Source of the DNA: Acidobacteriota bacterium
GTDB lineage: Bacteria > Acidobacteriota > Blastocatellia > UBA7656
Assembly (NCBI GenBank): GCA_031389065.1
Contig: JANMSG010000221.1
Location: forward strand, 1 to 37,001
DNA: 37,001 bases
Reading direction: 5' to 3'
Shown here: positions 27,883-37,001 of the stretch, piece by piece
How positions within the stretch are numbered: the stretch's first letter is position 1
Layout of the letters: each line of letters opens with the position of its first letter
Program-made: the position numbers and the translations under genes
The notes under the pieces: model-generated
Seen by the model: the letters and a program-made list of their open reading frames with translations, nothing else
The model's database searches: none
What the model was told of the DNA's origin: nothing

Positions 27883-27951
27883 GAACGATGAACGATGAAC
27901 AAGAGATTGCCAATCTTACTTCATCGTTCATCGTTCCTACTTCATCGTTTC
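27868..27951. repeat. Perfect 32-bp inverted repeat built from AACGATG heptamers, between convergent genes
   Basis: GAAACGATGAAGTAGGAACGATGAACGATGAA 27868-27899 / exact reverse complement 27920-27951. Confidence 0.92.
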
Positions 27952-27955
27952 ACTG

Positions 27956-28675
27956 TTATGCGCCAAGATAGGCTGCGCGAACGCGCTCGTCATCAAGCAA
28001 ATCCTTGCCTGCGCCTTCAATAGTGACGCGCCCGTTTTCCAGTACATACGCGCGATTGGAAATCTTCAAACTCTGTTGGACGTTTTGTTCGACCAGCAAA
28101 ATGGTTATGCCTTCTTCGTTGATGCTGCGAATGATTTCAAACATTTCGCGCACGATGATTGGCGCAAGCCCTAAGCTTGGTTCATCAAACATCAACAGAC
28201 GCGGACGCGCCATCAAGCCTCGCCCGATGGCAACCATCTGTTGTTCGCCGCCTGAAAGTGTGCCACAGAGTTGTTGTTCGCGCTCTTTGAGTTTCGGAAA
28301 GAGCGCGAAGATTTTATCGAGCGAGGTGGCGCGCAACCGTTTGGCTTCTTTGCTGATGGCGCCGAGTTCCAGGTTCTCTCGCACGCTCATCATCGGAAAG
28401 AGCCTGCGCCCTTCGGGAACGTGAGCGATACCGCGCGCCGCGATTTGGTGTGACGAGAGTCGCTCAATGCTTTCCCCGTCAAAAATGATTTCGCCGCCTG
28501 AAGCGCGAACTACGCCGGAGATGGTTTTGAGCGAAGTGGTTTTGCCCGCACCGTTGGCGCCTACGAGCGTGGCGATCTCGCCTTTGCGAACCGCGAAAGT
28601 TATGTCCCACAAAACCTGAACGTCGCCATAACGCGCGGTTATGTTTTTTAATTCAAGCAGATTTTCGGTCGTCAA
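27956..28675 (-). CDS. livF: Branched-chain amino acid ABC transporter ATP-binding protein (LivF-like)
   Basis: GANGAGKTT, VPEGRRLF, LSGGEQQM, DEPSLGLAP, LLVEQN, VRAAYLG. Confidence 0.9.
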   Translation of the reverse strand: MTTENLLELKNITARYGDVQVLWDITFAVRKGEIATLVGANGAGKTTSLKTISGVVRASGGEIIFDGESIERLSSHQIAARGIAHVPEGRRLFPMMSVRENLELGAISKEAKRLRATSLDKIFALFPKLKEREQQLCGTLSGGEQQMVAIGRGLMARPRLLMFDEPSLGLAPIIVREMFEIIRSINEEGITILLVEQNVQQSLKISNRAYVLENGRVTIEGAGKDLLDDERVRAAYLGA

Positions 28676-28915
28676 TTGCTGTCTCCAATTCTTCCGCTTT
28701 TTATTGCTGTGAAAATATAAAGTGCCGGGCGATAAGGTACAAGCGATGAGCAGTAGATCTGCAAAGGAATTCGCCTGGTATTGATTTGCTCTTCATCTGA
28801 GAGCGATTTTTAAGTTATCTCTGTAACCCTGGTTTCCTGTCCCTCGTAGTAAAAAATTGACAGCTACCACGATTGCATTGTTAAATTAGATTTCCTGTTA
28901 CTTGAGGGAGCGTCG

Positions 28916-29293
28916 TTGAAACATCGCAACAACATCTTGAGTCCACACTATGCGCGGCTGCAAGTCGTAGCCTGGGTGTTGCTCGCACTGATGATGCACG
29001 CGCTGTTTATCGTCACCACGCATCATCACCCAATCAAGGTTAATGATGCGAAATCTACGACGCCGATTGTCTCTCCAGATAGTCACACACCTGAGCAGCA
29101 TCTCCCTCAATCAGGCGACGATTTTCATTGTGCCACTTGTAGTTTACACCGCAGCTTAGCCTCGCAGCATTCCGCGCCTGTCTACGTGTTTCATCTCACG
29201 TTGCAAACTGCAAGCTGGGAGACTTTTCATTGTCAGCATCATTCAACCGCAACGTTTCTTTCACTCGCAGACCGCGCCCCTCCTCTTGCTTAA
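28916..29293 (+). CDS. DUF2946/CruR-like His-rich leader protein with CxxC and C-terminal RAPP
   Basis: GAGGGAG RBS plus TTG; TM segment, HHH, HCATC, ends LADRAPPLA; directly upstream of a TonB-dependent receptor. Confidence 0.75.
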   Translation: MKHRNNILSPHYARLQVVAWVLLALMMHALFIVTTHHHPIKVNDAKSTTPIVSPDSHTPEQHLPQSGDDFHCATCSLHRSLASQHSAPVYVFHLTLQTASWETFHCQHHSTATFLSLADRAPPLA

Positions 29294-29485
29294 TTTCACA
29301 TCGCAGGAAAGTAGCGGCTTGTCGCAACGCAAATCTGCGTTGTGAGATGGGCGCGTTTAAACGAGCGTTTACCTCGTTGATTCGCGCCTTGCCGCACATT
29401 TCCTTCAACATTTCGCGCAACGATTTTTTTCAGTCCGGCGCGATTGGTTCATCACCCTTTCACATATTTGAAGGAGAATTACTCG

Positions 29486-31678
29486 ATGAGAAGAAGCAAT
29501 TTTATCAGCAGGTTTTTACTTTCAGTTACTCTATTGACCAGCCTTGCAACAGGATTTGCTCAATCCGGTGCGACGCTGCGCGGTACAGTCAGCCTGGGAG
29601 AAAACGCCATCCTTGTTCATAACGTGACCGTAACCATTCTGCAATTGAAACGCAGTGTGCAAACGGATGATCAAGGAAAATATGAATTTCAAAATGTGCC
29701 GCCTGGCACTTATAACGTAGCGACTCATTTGCACCGCGTCCCAGATGTTGTAAAGAGTGTAAAAATTGGCGCGGGCGCATCCGAGACTCTGGACTTTCAA
29801 CTTCAACTCGATGGCGTCAAAGAAGAGATCACCATAACGGCAACCGGTAATCAAGAGTCGTCCTTTAACTCGATTCAATCGGTCATCTCTTTAGGCGCCG
29901 TCGAAATCGCGCAAAAGAATCCCGTCTCGCTTGGCGAAGTTCTCGATCACGAACTTGGCGTATCAAAGCGCAGTTTCGGTCCAGGCAGTTCGCGACCTGT
30001 CATAAGAGGAATGGATGGCGAACGTGTACTGGTCTTGCAAGATGGGCAGAGAATCGGTTCGCTTGGCTCTCAGTCAGGCGATCACGGTGAACCGATTGAT
30101 GTTTTGAATCTTGAGAAAGTGGAAGTCGTCAAGGGGCCCGCGACCTTGCTTTATGGCAGTAACGCGATCGGCGGCGTGGTCAATGCCATCACCGGACACG
30201 AGTATGCTCACAAAGGTGCGCACGGCTTTTTGACAGGCGTTCTGGGTTCCAATAGAGAGCAATTTGCAGGCAGCGGCGGGGTTGAATTCGGCACCGATAA
30301 GTGGTTGATCTGGGGCGGCGGTGGCGCTCAGCGGACGGACGATTATGAAGCCGGTAAAGGTTACCGGGTTGCCAATTCATTTACTCGCTCGACAAATGCT
30401 TCAGCGGGATTTGGTTACTATCAAAATAAAAGTTTCTTCAGTGTAGGATACACCTTTAACAAAAACCGCTATGGCATTCCCTATGATCCCGAAGAGGAAA
30501 ACCCGGAAATCGTTTTCCTGAACCCGAAGCGACATAGCGTCAAATTGACAGGCGGCTTACGTGAGTTGGAATCATTCATTGAATCGGCGAAATTTTCGGT
30601 TCAATACAACAACTACAAGCACAGCGAAATTGACCTGCCAACCAACGAAGTCGCCACGACCTTCAAGAATAAAACCTATGTCTATGACGGCATGTTCGAG
30701 CAGCGAAAAGTGGGGAGATACTCCGGCACTTTTGGATTCTGGGGTTTGCACCGTGACTTTGAAACGATTGGCGCAGAAGCTCTCGCGCCGCCTACGACGC
30801 AGAACGCTTTTGCAGGCTTCGCGTTGCAACGGTTTGATTTCGAGCGCCTGGGTTTACAATTCGGGGGGCGCGTCGAGCGCAATTCATACAACCCCGATGG
30901 CTTGCGTGAAAGAAAATTCACAGGCCTATCGGTCGGCGCGGGTATGCGCGTTCCAACCTGGACGGGCGGCGCTTTTGTTGCCAATTACACGCATAATTAT
31001 CGCGCCCCTTCTCTGGAAGAGCTTTATAATAACGGACCGCATCCGGGCAATCTAACCTTCGAGATTGGCAATGAAAACCTGAAACGGGAACGCGGAGATG
31101 GCATTGAATTGGGGCTTCGCCATTCAACTGATCGAGTGCGCGCTGAATTCAATTTCTTCTATTACAACATCAAAGACTTCATATACCTTGCGCCGACGGG
31201 TGAAATTGACGAAGAGGAAGCACTGCCCGTAGCGATCTATTCTCAAGCCACCAGTCGCTTTGTTGGCGCAGAAGCCCGGCTTGATGTGGGCTTGCATCGC
31301 AACGTCTGGCTGATTACCGGCGTCGATTATGTGAATGCGGAGTTGAAGGATTCAGGAACGCCTCTGCCGCGCATACCGCCGCTTCGCGGGCGCGTCGGCT
31401 TGGAGTTGCGTTACAAAGGATTCGCGGTAACTCCTGAAGCCGTCATGGCGAGAGATCAGGATCGCCTCTTCCAGACAGAAACGCGAACTGGTGGTTATGC
31501 GGTTTTTAACCTGACCGCGTCATATACGCTTACGACTCAGCACATTGCCCATATCTTTGCCTTGAATGGGTTCAATCTCGGTGACCGTTTGTATCGCAAT
31601 CACCTGTCGTTTATTAAAGAGATCGCGCCAGAAATCGGGCGCGGCGTGCGCTTCACTTATACCATGCGCTTCTTCTAG
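29486..31678 (+). CDS. TonB-dependent receptor, ZnuD-like metal transporter with N-terminal carboxypeptidase-regulatory-like domain
   Basis: AAGGAG RBS; plug SRPVIRG.DGERV...DHGEPID..VEVVKGPATLLYGSNAIGGVVN; RAPS.EELY.NGPH; LPRIPP; C-terminal F. Confidence 0.9.
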   Translation: MRRSNFISRFLLSVTLLTSLATGFAQSGATLRGTVSLGENAILVHNVTVTILQLKRSVQTDDQGKYEFQNVPPGTYNVATHLHRVPDVVKSVKIGAGASETLDFQLQLDGVKEEITITATGNQESSFNSIQSVISLGAVEIAQKNPVSLGEVLDHELGVSKRSFGPGSSRPVIRGMDGERVLVLQDGQRIGSLGSQSGDHGEPIDVLNLEKVEVVKGPATLLYGSNAIGGVVNAITGHEYAHKGAHGFLTGVLGSNREQFAGSGGVEFGTDKWLIWGGGGAQRTDDYEAGKGYRVANSFTRSTNASAGFGYYQNKSFFSVGYTFNKNRYGIPYDPEEENPEIVFLNPKRHSVKLTGGLRELESFIESAKFSVQYNNYKHSEIDLPTNEVATTFKNKTYVYDGMFEQRKVGRYSGTFGFWGLHRDFETIGAEALAPPTTQNAFAGFALQRFDFERLGLQFGGRVERNSYNPDGLRERKFTGLSVGAGMRVPTWTGGAFVANYTHNYRAPSLEELYNNGPHPGNLTFEIGNENLKRERGDGIELGLRHSTDRVRAEFNFFYYNIKDFIYLAPTGEIDEEEALPVAIYSQATSRFVGAEARLDVGLHRNVWLITGVDYVNAELKDSGTPLPRIPPLRGRVGLELRYKGFAVTPEAVMARDQDRLFQTETRTGGYAVFNLTASYTLTTQHIAHIFALNGFNLGDRLYRNHLSFIKEIAPEIGRGVRFTYTMRFF

Positions 31679-31700
31679 AACTTCGCAAGTTGGAGCAGGA

Positions 31701-31753
31701 AAAGCTGAATGTGGAGCCTAGAATTTTTCATTTGAGGCTCCACATTCAGCTTT
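31701..31753 (+). terminator. Probable intrinsic terminator (19-bp perfect stem)
   Basis: AAAGCTGAATGTGGAGCCT 31701-31719 / AGGCTCCACATTCAGCTTT 31735-31753, 23 nt after the receptor stop. Confidence 0.7.
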
Positions 31754-32070
31754 CAATTTCTCCTGTTGCAAGCGCTCTCAGCTCCCAATAAATCAAGGCT
31801 TGCGTCATTTCTATTTGCTGATATATACTCGCTAGCCTTGAACTTAGCGGAATATTCCTCATCCATTCGAGAGGTAGAAATCTATATAGAGACAGCCCTC
31901 GTAGAAATTGTATTGCCCCTAAGTTGGTTGATAAAAATAAGAATTAAGGCTGGTATTTCTCCCATTATTTTGAACACTGGTTTCGCAGGTCATTCTAATT
32001 AAATCGCGAGTCTTCTAAGCAGGTGCGTCTCGCGATAATCCTATACATAATAAAAAAGAGGTTTATCTTC

Positions 32071-35000
32071 ATGTTTCGTGTTGTTCCGCTCCTTGCTCTA
32101 TTACTGCTCATATCCTCACCGGTTCTTGCAAGCAAGCGCTATGATGATCATTCCACCAATTCCTGGATGAACGGTTATACGCTGATTCTGCTGGACACGG
32201 AGTCCAAAGAAGAACTTGCTGAGGCTCGCGATTTCATCACTGCACAAGGAGGTCGCATAGCCATTGTATTACCGCCTCGCGCCATACTCGGCTGGGTTCC
32301 TCCTCGCATCAAAGCGCGCCTCTTAGGTCGTCACAAAATTCGTTCCATCTATCATTCAGCCGTGGATGCAAACTCTGTCGGCTTCAAGGACAAAGATACG
32401 CTACTGGCAGTCAAGCTCTTTAACGATGTCGTCTCCGGCAGACTGGCCAGCAAGAAGGACAGAGAGTTAGAAATGCAAAGCGCGACCAAGGATGAACACG
32501 GACACACGCGTTTTTCTACAACCCGCCCACCGATGATGGATTGTTCGCCGCCGCGCCCAGACCTGGACAAAGAAGATTTTATACGCAATCTGCAAAGAAT
32601 GGGCGCCACACAAATTTTGCAGAATGTTGAAAGTCAGGTGGTGCCCAATTATTTCGATAACAGCAACACGATGGATGGTTCTGTGGCGGTTGCGGTCTTT
32701 CTGGTTGAGAGCAACGGGGCAACAGACCCTAATCACTTTACCTGGACAGAAGCGGATCAAAACTTTGCCATTGCTCAAGTGATAGACGGCTTGAACTGGT
32801 GGGTAGATCAATCGCGCGCCTTCAATCTGAGCCGCCCTTTACAATTCACTGTCGTTCCTTATCGCGCCACCGATCCGGTTTGTCAGCAGCCTTACGAGCC
32901 GCTGCTGCGCGAAGGTCGTTTCGCTTATTTGTGGGTTGACGCAATCATGAATAACCTGGGTATATCAGGAGGCGATACCTTCGTTCGCGTCGCAACTTTC
33001 GATAGAGTCATAAGAGATCAGAACCGGGCAAACTGGGGATTCTCTATTTTCATCGAGTACAATCCCGCGCCCAATCGCACCTCTTTTCCAGATGGACGCG
33101 CCTCTTGGGCGTATCTGGGAGGCCCGTATGTCAACATCTTGTTCCGCAGTTACGGTTGGTCGCTCAGTCAAATCATCTCGCACGAAACCGGCCATATTTT
33201 CTACGCTTGCGACGAATACAATCAGCCTGGTTATCAAGTTTGCAGTTGTACGTGCGCTCCCGAAGTTCGACCCGGCGCCAAGAACGGAAACTGCGAAGAA
33301 AACAGTTGCAATCCAGGTTCTACGGCTTGCATGATGCGCATCAACGAATACACCCTCTGTCCGTTTACAGCCGCGCAGATCGGTTGGACGAGCGCCGTGT
33401 TGCCTGCCGTGCCGACGACGCCTGCAGGACTCCAGGCAAGCGGGTCATCGCCGACGCAAGTGAATTTAAACTGGCAGGACACTTCAGGAAACGAATCGGG
33501 ATTTCAAGTTGAGCGGCGCGGCGGCTCTGACGGCAATTTCAGTTTGATTGCTACCGCGCAAGCCGACACGGTCAGCTATGCCGATAACACGTTTTTAGCC
33601 AACACACTTTACACCTATCGCGTTCGCGCCTTTAACTTCACAGGGCCGTCTTCTTATTCTTCGGAAGCGACTGTGACGACACCGGCGACGCCTATTGCCT
33701 TGACGATCTCAACCGTTGATTTACCCGAAGCGACTGTGAATGTTCCTTACAGCCGCACGATCTCAGCAGTAGGCGGCAAAACGCCTTACCGATGGGTCAT
33801 CAATAACGGCGAGCTTGCGCAAGGCATAACGATGTCGCAATTCGGCGAGCTTTCCGGCACGCCAAGCATTGCTGGCACCAGCAGTTTCACCGCACGCGTA
33901 ACAGATACAGACAATGTCAGCGTAAACAAATCCTTTTCGTTAGTCGTCAAACCCGCAGTCGTGATAACCATCACCACCAGAGATTTACCGCGCGGTTCAA
34001 TTGGCACAAGCTACAGCCAGCAACTCGGCGCAACCGGCGGACAAACGCCATACACTTGGACGATTCAATCGGGCAATCTCCCCGCAGGCTTGTCATTAAA
34101 CCAAAGCGGCATCATTCAAGGCATACCGGAAGTCGCAAGCACTTCAAGCTTTGTTGTCAAGCTAACAGACGTAACAAACCTCAGCACAACGGCAACGCTT
34201 GCCATCACCATCAATCCAGCTGTCGTTCAACTCATCGTCGAGACCATTTCCTTGCCCGATGGGGTCGTCGGACAAGACTACCTGCAAACTCTCAAAGCCC
34301 TCGGCGGAACCGCGCCTTATCGTTGGGCGCTGAAATCTGGCAGACTACCGGACAATTTAACCTTGACCGAAGGAGGCGTGATTTCCGGCCGTCCGACAAT
34401 CAACGGGGAACAAACATTTGAAGTCGAAGTGACAGACCAAAGCGGGCAGACGGCAGCCAAACAACTTTTGATTGATGTGGAGCCGGCGCCACAATTCACT
34501 GTCCTTACTCAATCACAACTTCCAAGGGGAGCGGTCGGCGTTCCTTTCAGAGTCGAGCTGAAGGCTACGTCAGGCACGGAGCCCTACGTCTGGGTGAAAA
34601 AGAAGAAAGCAAAATTCGGTGTTTTTCCCGATGGCATAACGCTTTCGCGGGAAGGCATTTTGTCAGGAACACCAACCACACAAGGGCTTTCCAATTTTAC
34701 ACTCCTGGTAAATGATGCTGCGGAAAGACAGGCATCCAAACCTTTCACCATCGAAGTAGGCCCGCCGCCACCGCCGCTTGAAATACGGACGGCGACGCTA
34801 CCCAACGGCACGCAAGGATTGACTTACAGCGCAACGCTTGAAGCGGGCGGCGGAGTGGGTCCTTACACCTGGGCAATTGACCTGGGAGGTTTACCCGCTG
34901 GCTTGACGATGACCGAAGGAGGCATAATTTCCGGTCGTCCAACCAATGCAGGCTCTGTTACCTTCGTCGTTCGCCTGCGCGATGCGCTTGGCACAATCAG

Positions 35001-36726
35001 CACGAAAACTTTATTCATTACGGTAGTCGCGCCACCTCCGCCTCTGATCATCCAAACCGTTTCGCTTCCTGAGACAGCCGCCGAAAGACCTTATAGTCAA
35101 ACTCTGCTTGCCTCTGGAGGTGTTCCGCCATACACCTGGAGTCTGGCAAGCGGCAGTCTGGGCGCAGGCTTAAACCTTTCAACAAGTGGGGTCATATCAG
35201 GAGCGCCTTTAAATCCCGGCACAGTTGTTTTCGCAGTTAGATTAACGGACTCGGCTCAACAAACGGTCACTCGTACACTTGCCATTAAGATTACTCCTGC
35301 CGATAAACTGGCTCCGTTCGGTTCGCTCGAAACGCCAGATCATAACGCCACGCTAACCGGTCCGGCTAATGGCACAGGATGGGCGCTCGATAATATAGGC
35401 ATCACCACCCTCGAAGTATTGGTTGATGGTCAGAAGATAACCGAAGCGACTTATGGCAATTCAAGACCCGATATAGGAGCTGTCTGGGGCACCTTCCCGA
35501 ATGCTGCAAACTCCGGCTTCCGGTTCACTCTGGATACGACAAAGCTCACAAACGGCGAGCATAGGCTGTCTGTGCGAGTCTTTGACGCGCAAGGCAATTC
35601 GACGTTGATAGGCAGTCGTCCTTTCCAGGTACAGAACAGGCTTCTTGCTATCGCCTCGACCGAAATTCCCAGAGGCCGAAAAGGAACTCCTTATAGCTAT
35701 CAGATGAACGCTTCAGATGGAAGCCCTCCTTACACCTGGACGATCACCTCCGGCGCTTTGCCGCAAGGTTTATCGCTCAACGCCTCAGGTTTGATTTCAG
35801 GCACGCCCACCGTATTCGGCAGCTTCCCGTTTGGTGTGCGCCTCAGCGATACGGCCAGCGGCCTGGCTGTGGCTTCCCTGATGATATTTATACAGCCTGA
35901 CACCGAACCTTTAGTCATTATCAGTAGCGGCGATTTAAGCGCAGGGCAAACGGGTGTTGATTACCTTGCCCAACTTCTTTTCGCAGGCGGAACTGCGCCC
36001 CGCACCTGGAGTGTTGCGACAGGTTCGCTGCCGCCCGGATTAATTCTCAATACAAGCACCGGCAGTATTTCAGGGAAACCAACTCAGGTGGGCAACTTCA
36101 CATTTACCGCCAGATTAACCGATACAACACAAACGACCATTATCTCTGAGGCTCTCAGAATCGCCATAACTCCAGGTCCTTTGGTCATCATCAGCACAGG
36201 CGATTTAAGCGCATCTACTGTAGGCGTTTTTTACTCGCATCAGCTTACCTTCCGTGGCGGACAAGCGCCTGTCGTCTGGAGTTTGCCAATCGGCTCTACG
36301 CTTCCTGCGGGTCTGACAATGACTGCAAGCGGCTTGATAAACGGAACGCCGACAACTGCCGGAACCTTCACCTTCACGGTTAAATTGACGGATTCACAGC
36401 AACCGGCTGTAAACGCAACTTCCGGTAATTTGCGAATCGTTGTCGCGCCGCCGCCTTTAATCATAACCAGCGTAGGCGATTTAACCGCCGGGCGAATCAA
36501 TCAAGCGTACACCCATCAATTGACTTTCACGGGAGGCACTCCGCCTGTGACCTGGAGCTTGCCAACCGGTTCTACATTGCCACCGGGATTGACTTTGAAT
36601 GCAAATACCGGGGTGATTTCGGGAACGCCTACGCAAACAGGACCGTTTAATTTCACCGTGAAGTTGACGGATTCAGCCAGCGTAAATGTCACCTCTGGCA
36701 GTCTCAGGATTATCATTTCGCCGTGA
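32071..36726 (+). CDS. Large secreted protein: metzincin-like peptidase + FN3 + ten putative Ig (He_PIG-like) repeats + one Big-like domain
   Basis: AAGAGG RBS, signal peptide; HETGHIFYACDEY; FN3 (LNWQD..NESGF.VER...YTYRVRAFN); repeated L.I.T..LP.G.VG..YS..L.A.GG..PY.W....G.LP.GL.L...G.ISG.P. Confidence 0.85.
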   Translation: MFRVVPLLALLLLISSPVLASKRYDDHSTNSWMNGYTLILLDTESKEELAEARDFITAQGGRIAIVLPPRAILGWVPPRIKARLLGRHKIRSIYHSAVDANSVGFKDKDTLLAVKLFNDVVSGRLASKKDRELEMQSATKDEHGHTRFSTTRPPMMDCSPPRPDLDKEDFIRNLQRMGATQILQNVESQVVPNYFDNSNTMDGSVAVAVFLVESNGATDPNHFTWTEADQNFAIAQVIDGLNWWVDQSRAFNLSRPLQFTVVPYRATDPVCQQPYEPLLREGRFAYLWVDAIMNNLGISGGDTFVRVATFDRVIRDQNRANWGFSIFIEYNPAPNRTSFPDGRASWAYLGGPYVNILFRSYGWSLSQIISHETGHIFYACDEYNQPGYQVCSCTCAPEVRPGAKNGNCEENSCNPGSTACMMRINEYTLCPFTAAQIGWTSAVLPAVPTTPAGLQASGSSPTQVNLNWQDTSGNESGFQVERRGGSDGNFSLIATAQADTVSYADNTFLANTLYTYRVRAFNFTGPSSYSSEATVTTPATPIALTISTVDLPEATVNVPYSRTISAVGGKTPYRWVINNGELAQGITMSQFGELSGTPSIAGTSSFTARVTDTDNVSVNKSFSLVVKPAVVITITTRDLPRGSIGTSYSQQLGATGGQTPYTWTIQSGNLPAGLSLNQSGIIQGIPEVASTSSFVVKLTDVTNLSTTATLAITINPAVVQLIVETISLPDGVVGQDYLQTLKALGGTAPYRWALKSGRLPDNLTLTEGGVISGRPTINGEQTFEVEVTDQSGQTAAKQLLIDVEPAPQFTVLTQSQLPRGAVGVPFRVELKATSGTEPYVWVKKKKAKFGVFPDGITLSREGILSGTPTTQGLSNFTLLVNDAAERQASKPFTIEVGPPPPPLEIRTATLPNGTQGLTYSATLEAGGGVGPYTWAIDLGGLPAGLTMTEGGIISGRPTNAGSVTFVVRLRDALGTISTKTLFITVVAPPPPLIIQTVSLPETAAERPYSQTLLASGGVPPYTWSLASGSLGAGLNLSTSGVISGAPLNPGTVVFAVRLTDSAQQTVTRTLAIKITPADKLAPFGSLETPDHNATLTGPANGTGWALDNIGITTLEVLVDGQKITEATYGNSRPDIGAVWGTFPNAANSGFRFTLDTTKLTNGEHRLSVRVFDAQGNSTLIGSRPFQVQNRLLAIASTEIPRGRKGTPYSYQMNASDGSPPYTWTITSGALPQGLSLNASGLISGTPTVFGSFPFGVRLSDTASGLAVASLMIFIQPDTEPLVIISSGDLSAGQTGVDYLAQLLFAGGTAPRTWSVATGSLPPGLILNTSTGSISGKPTQVGNFTFTARLTDTTQTTIISEALRIAITPGPLVIISTGDLSASTVGVFYSHQLTFRGGQAPVVWSLPIGSTLPAGLTMTASGLINGTPTTAGTFTFTVKLTDSQQPAVNATSGNLRIVVAPPPLIITSVGDLTAGRINQAYTHQLTFTGGTPPVTWSLPTGSTLPPGLTLNANTGVISGTPTQTGPFNFTVKLTDSASVNVTSGSLRIIISP

Positions 36727-37001
36727 AACTTGGCACGCTTGTCACAAGTTTCAGAAAGTGTTTTGAAATTCAAATCTTGTGCTGTAGCAGACAGGCAGCT
36801 GCGACGTTCTTTTATAGGAATCTGGTTTTCGCTGTTCTGCTTGATTGCTTTTCATGATTGAGTGGGCAGTCTCTGACTATCATTATTTGCGACAGTGAGA
36901 GGCGAATAGAAGCCGCCTCTCAACCATATCTTTTGCAAGCCGTCTATTTTAATGTGAGTTCTACTAAACGTAAGGGGTATCAAAAAGCTCCTTGAAATTT
37001 C

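Noticed and set aside
31766-32070. c-di-GMP or other riboswitch ahead of the giant surface protein
   Set aside because: Long possible leader and an 8-bp inverted repeat (32003-32036), but no recognisable aptamer consensus

Overview
Bacterial chromosomal segment, probably Acidobacteriota/Blastocatellia-like (inferred from gene style and repeats, not proven). Housekeeping and accessory genes: two acyl-CoA ligases, a SPOR protein, lipA-lnt-prfB (programmed +1 frameshift) followed by xisH/xisI, an M16 protease, ftsK, mqnA, a Spy/CpxP-like protein, nadA, a nucleoside MFS permease, a DUF1800 protein, an ECF sigma/anti-sigma operon, a lone livF, a DUF2946/RAPP uORF plus TonB-dependent receptor, and a giant metallopeptidase-FN3-Ig repeat protein. 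Most notable observations: (1) a small ribbon-helix-helix gene translationally coupled to nadA, with operator-like repeats over a strong promoter, a candidate new NAD-biosynthesis regulator; (2) dispersed elements made of inverted arrays of 7-mers from at least five heptamer families, one nested and two overlapping gene ends or starts; (3) a DUF2188 + NDT/TIR-like cassette flanked by a ~125-bp diverged duplication of a ligase 5' end; (4) a DnaA-box cluster (candidate oriC) between ftsK and mqnA; (5) a CruR-like CxxC/RAPP leader ahead of a ZnuD-like receptor. No rRNA, tRNA, CRISPR array or transposase was seen. All family calls come from motif recognition, not database searches.
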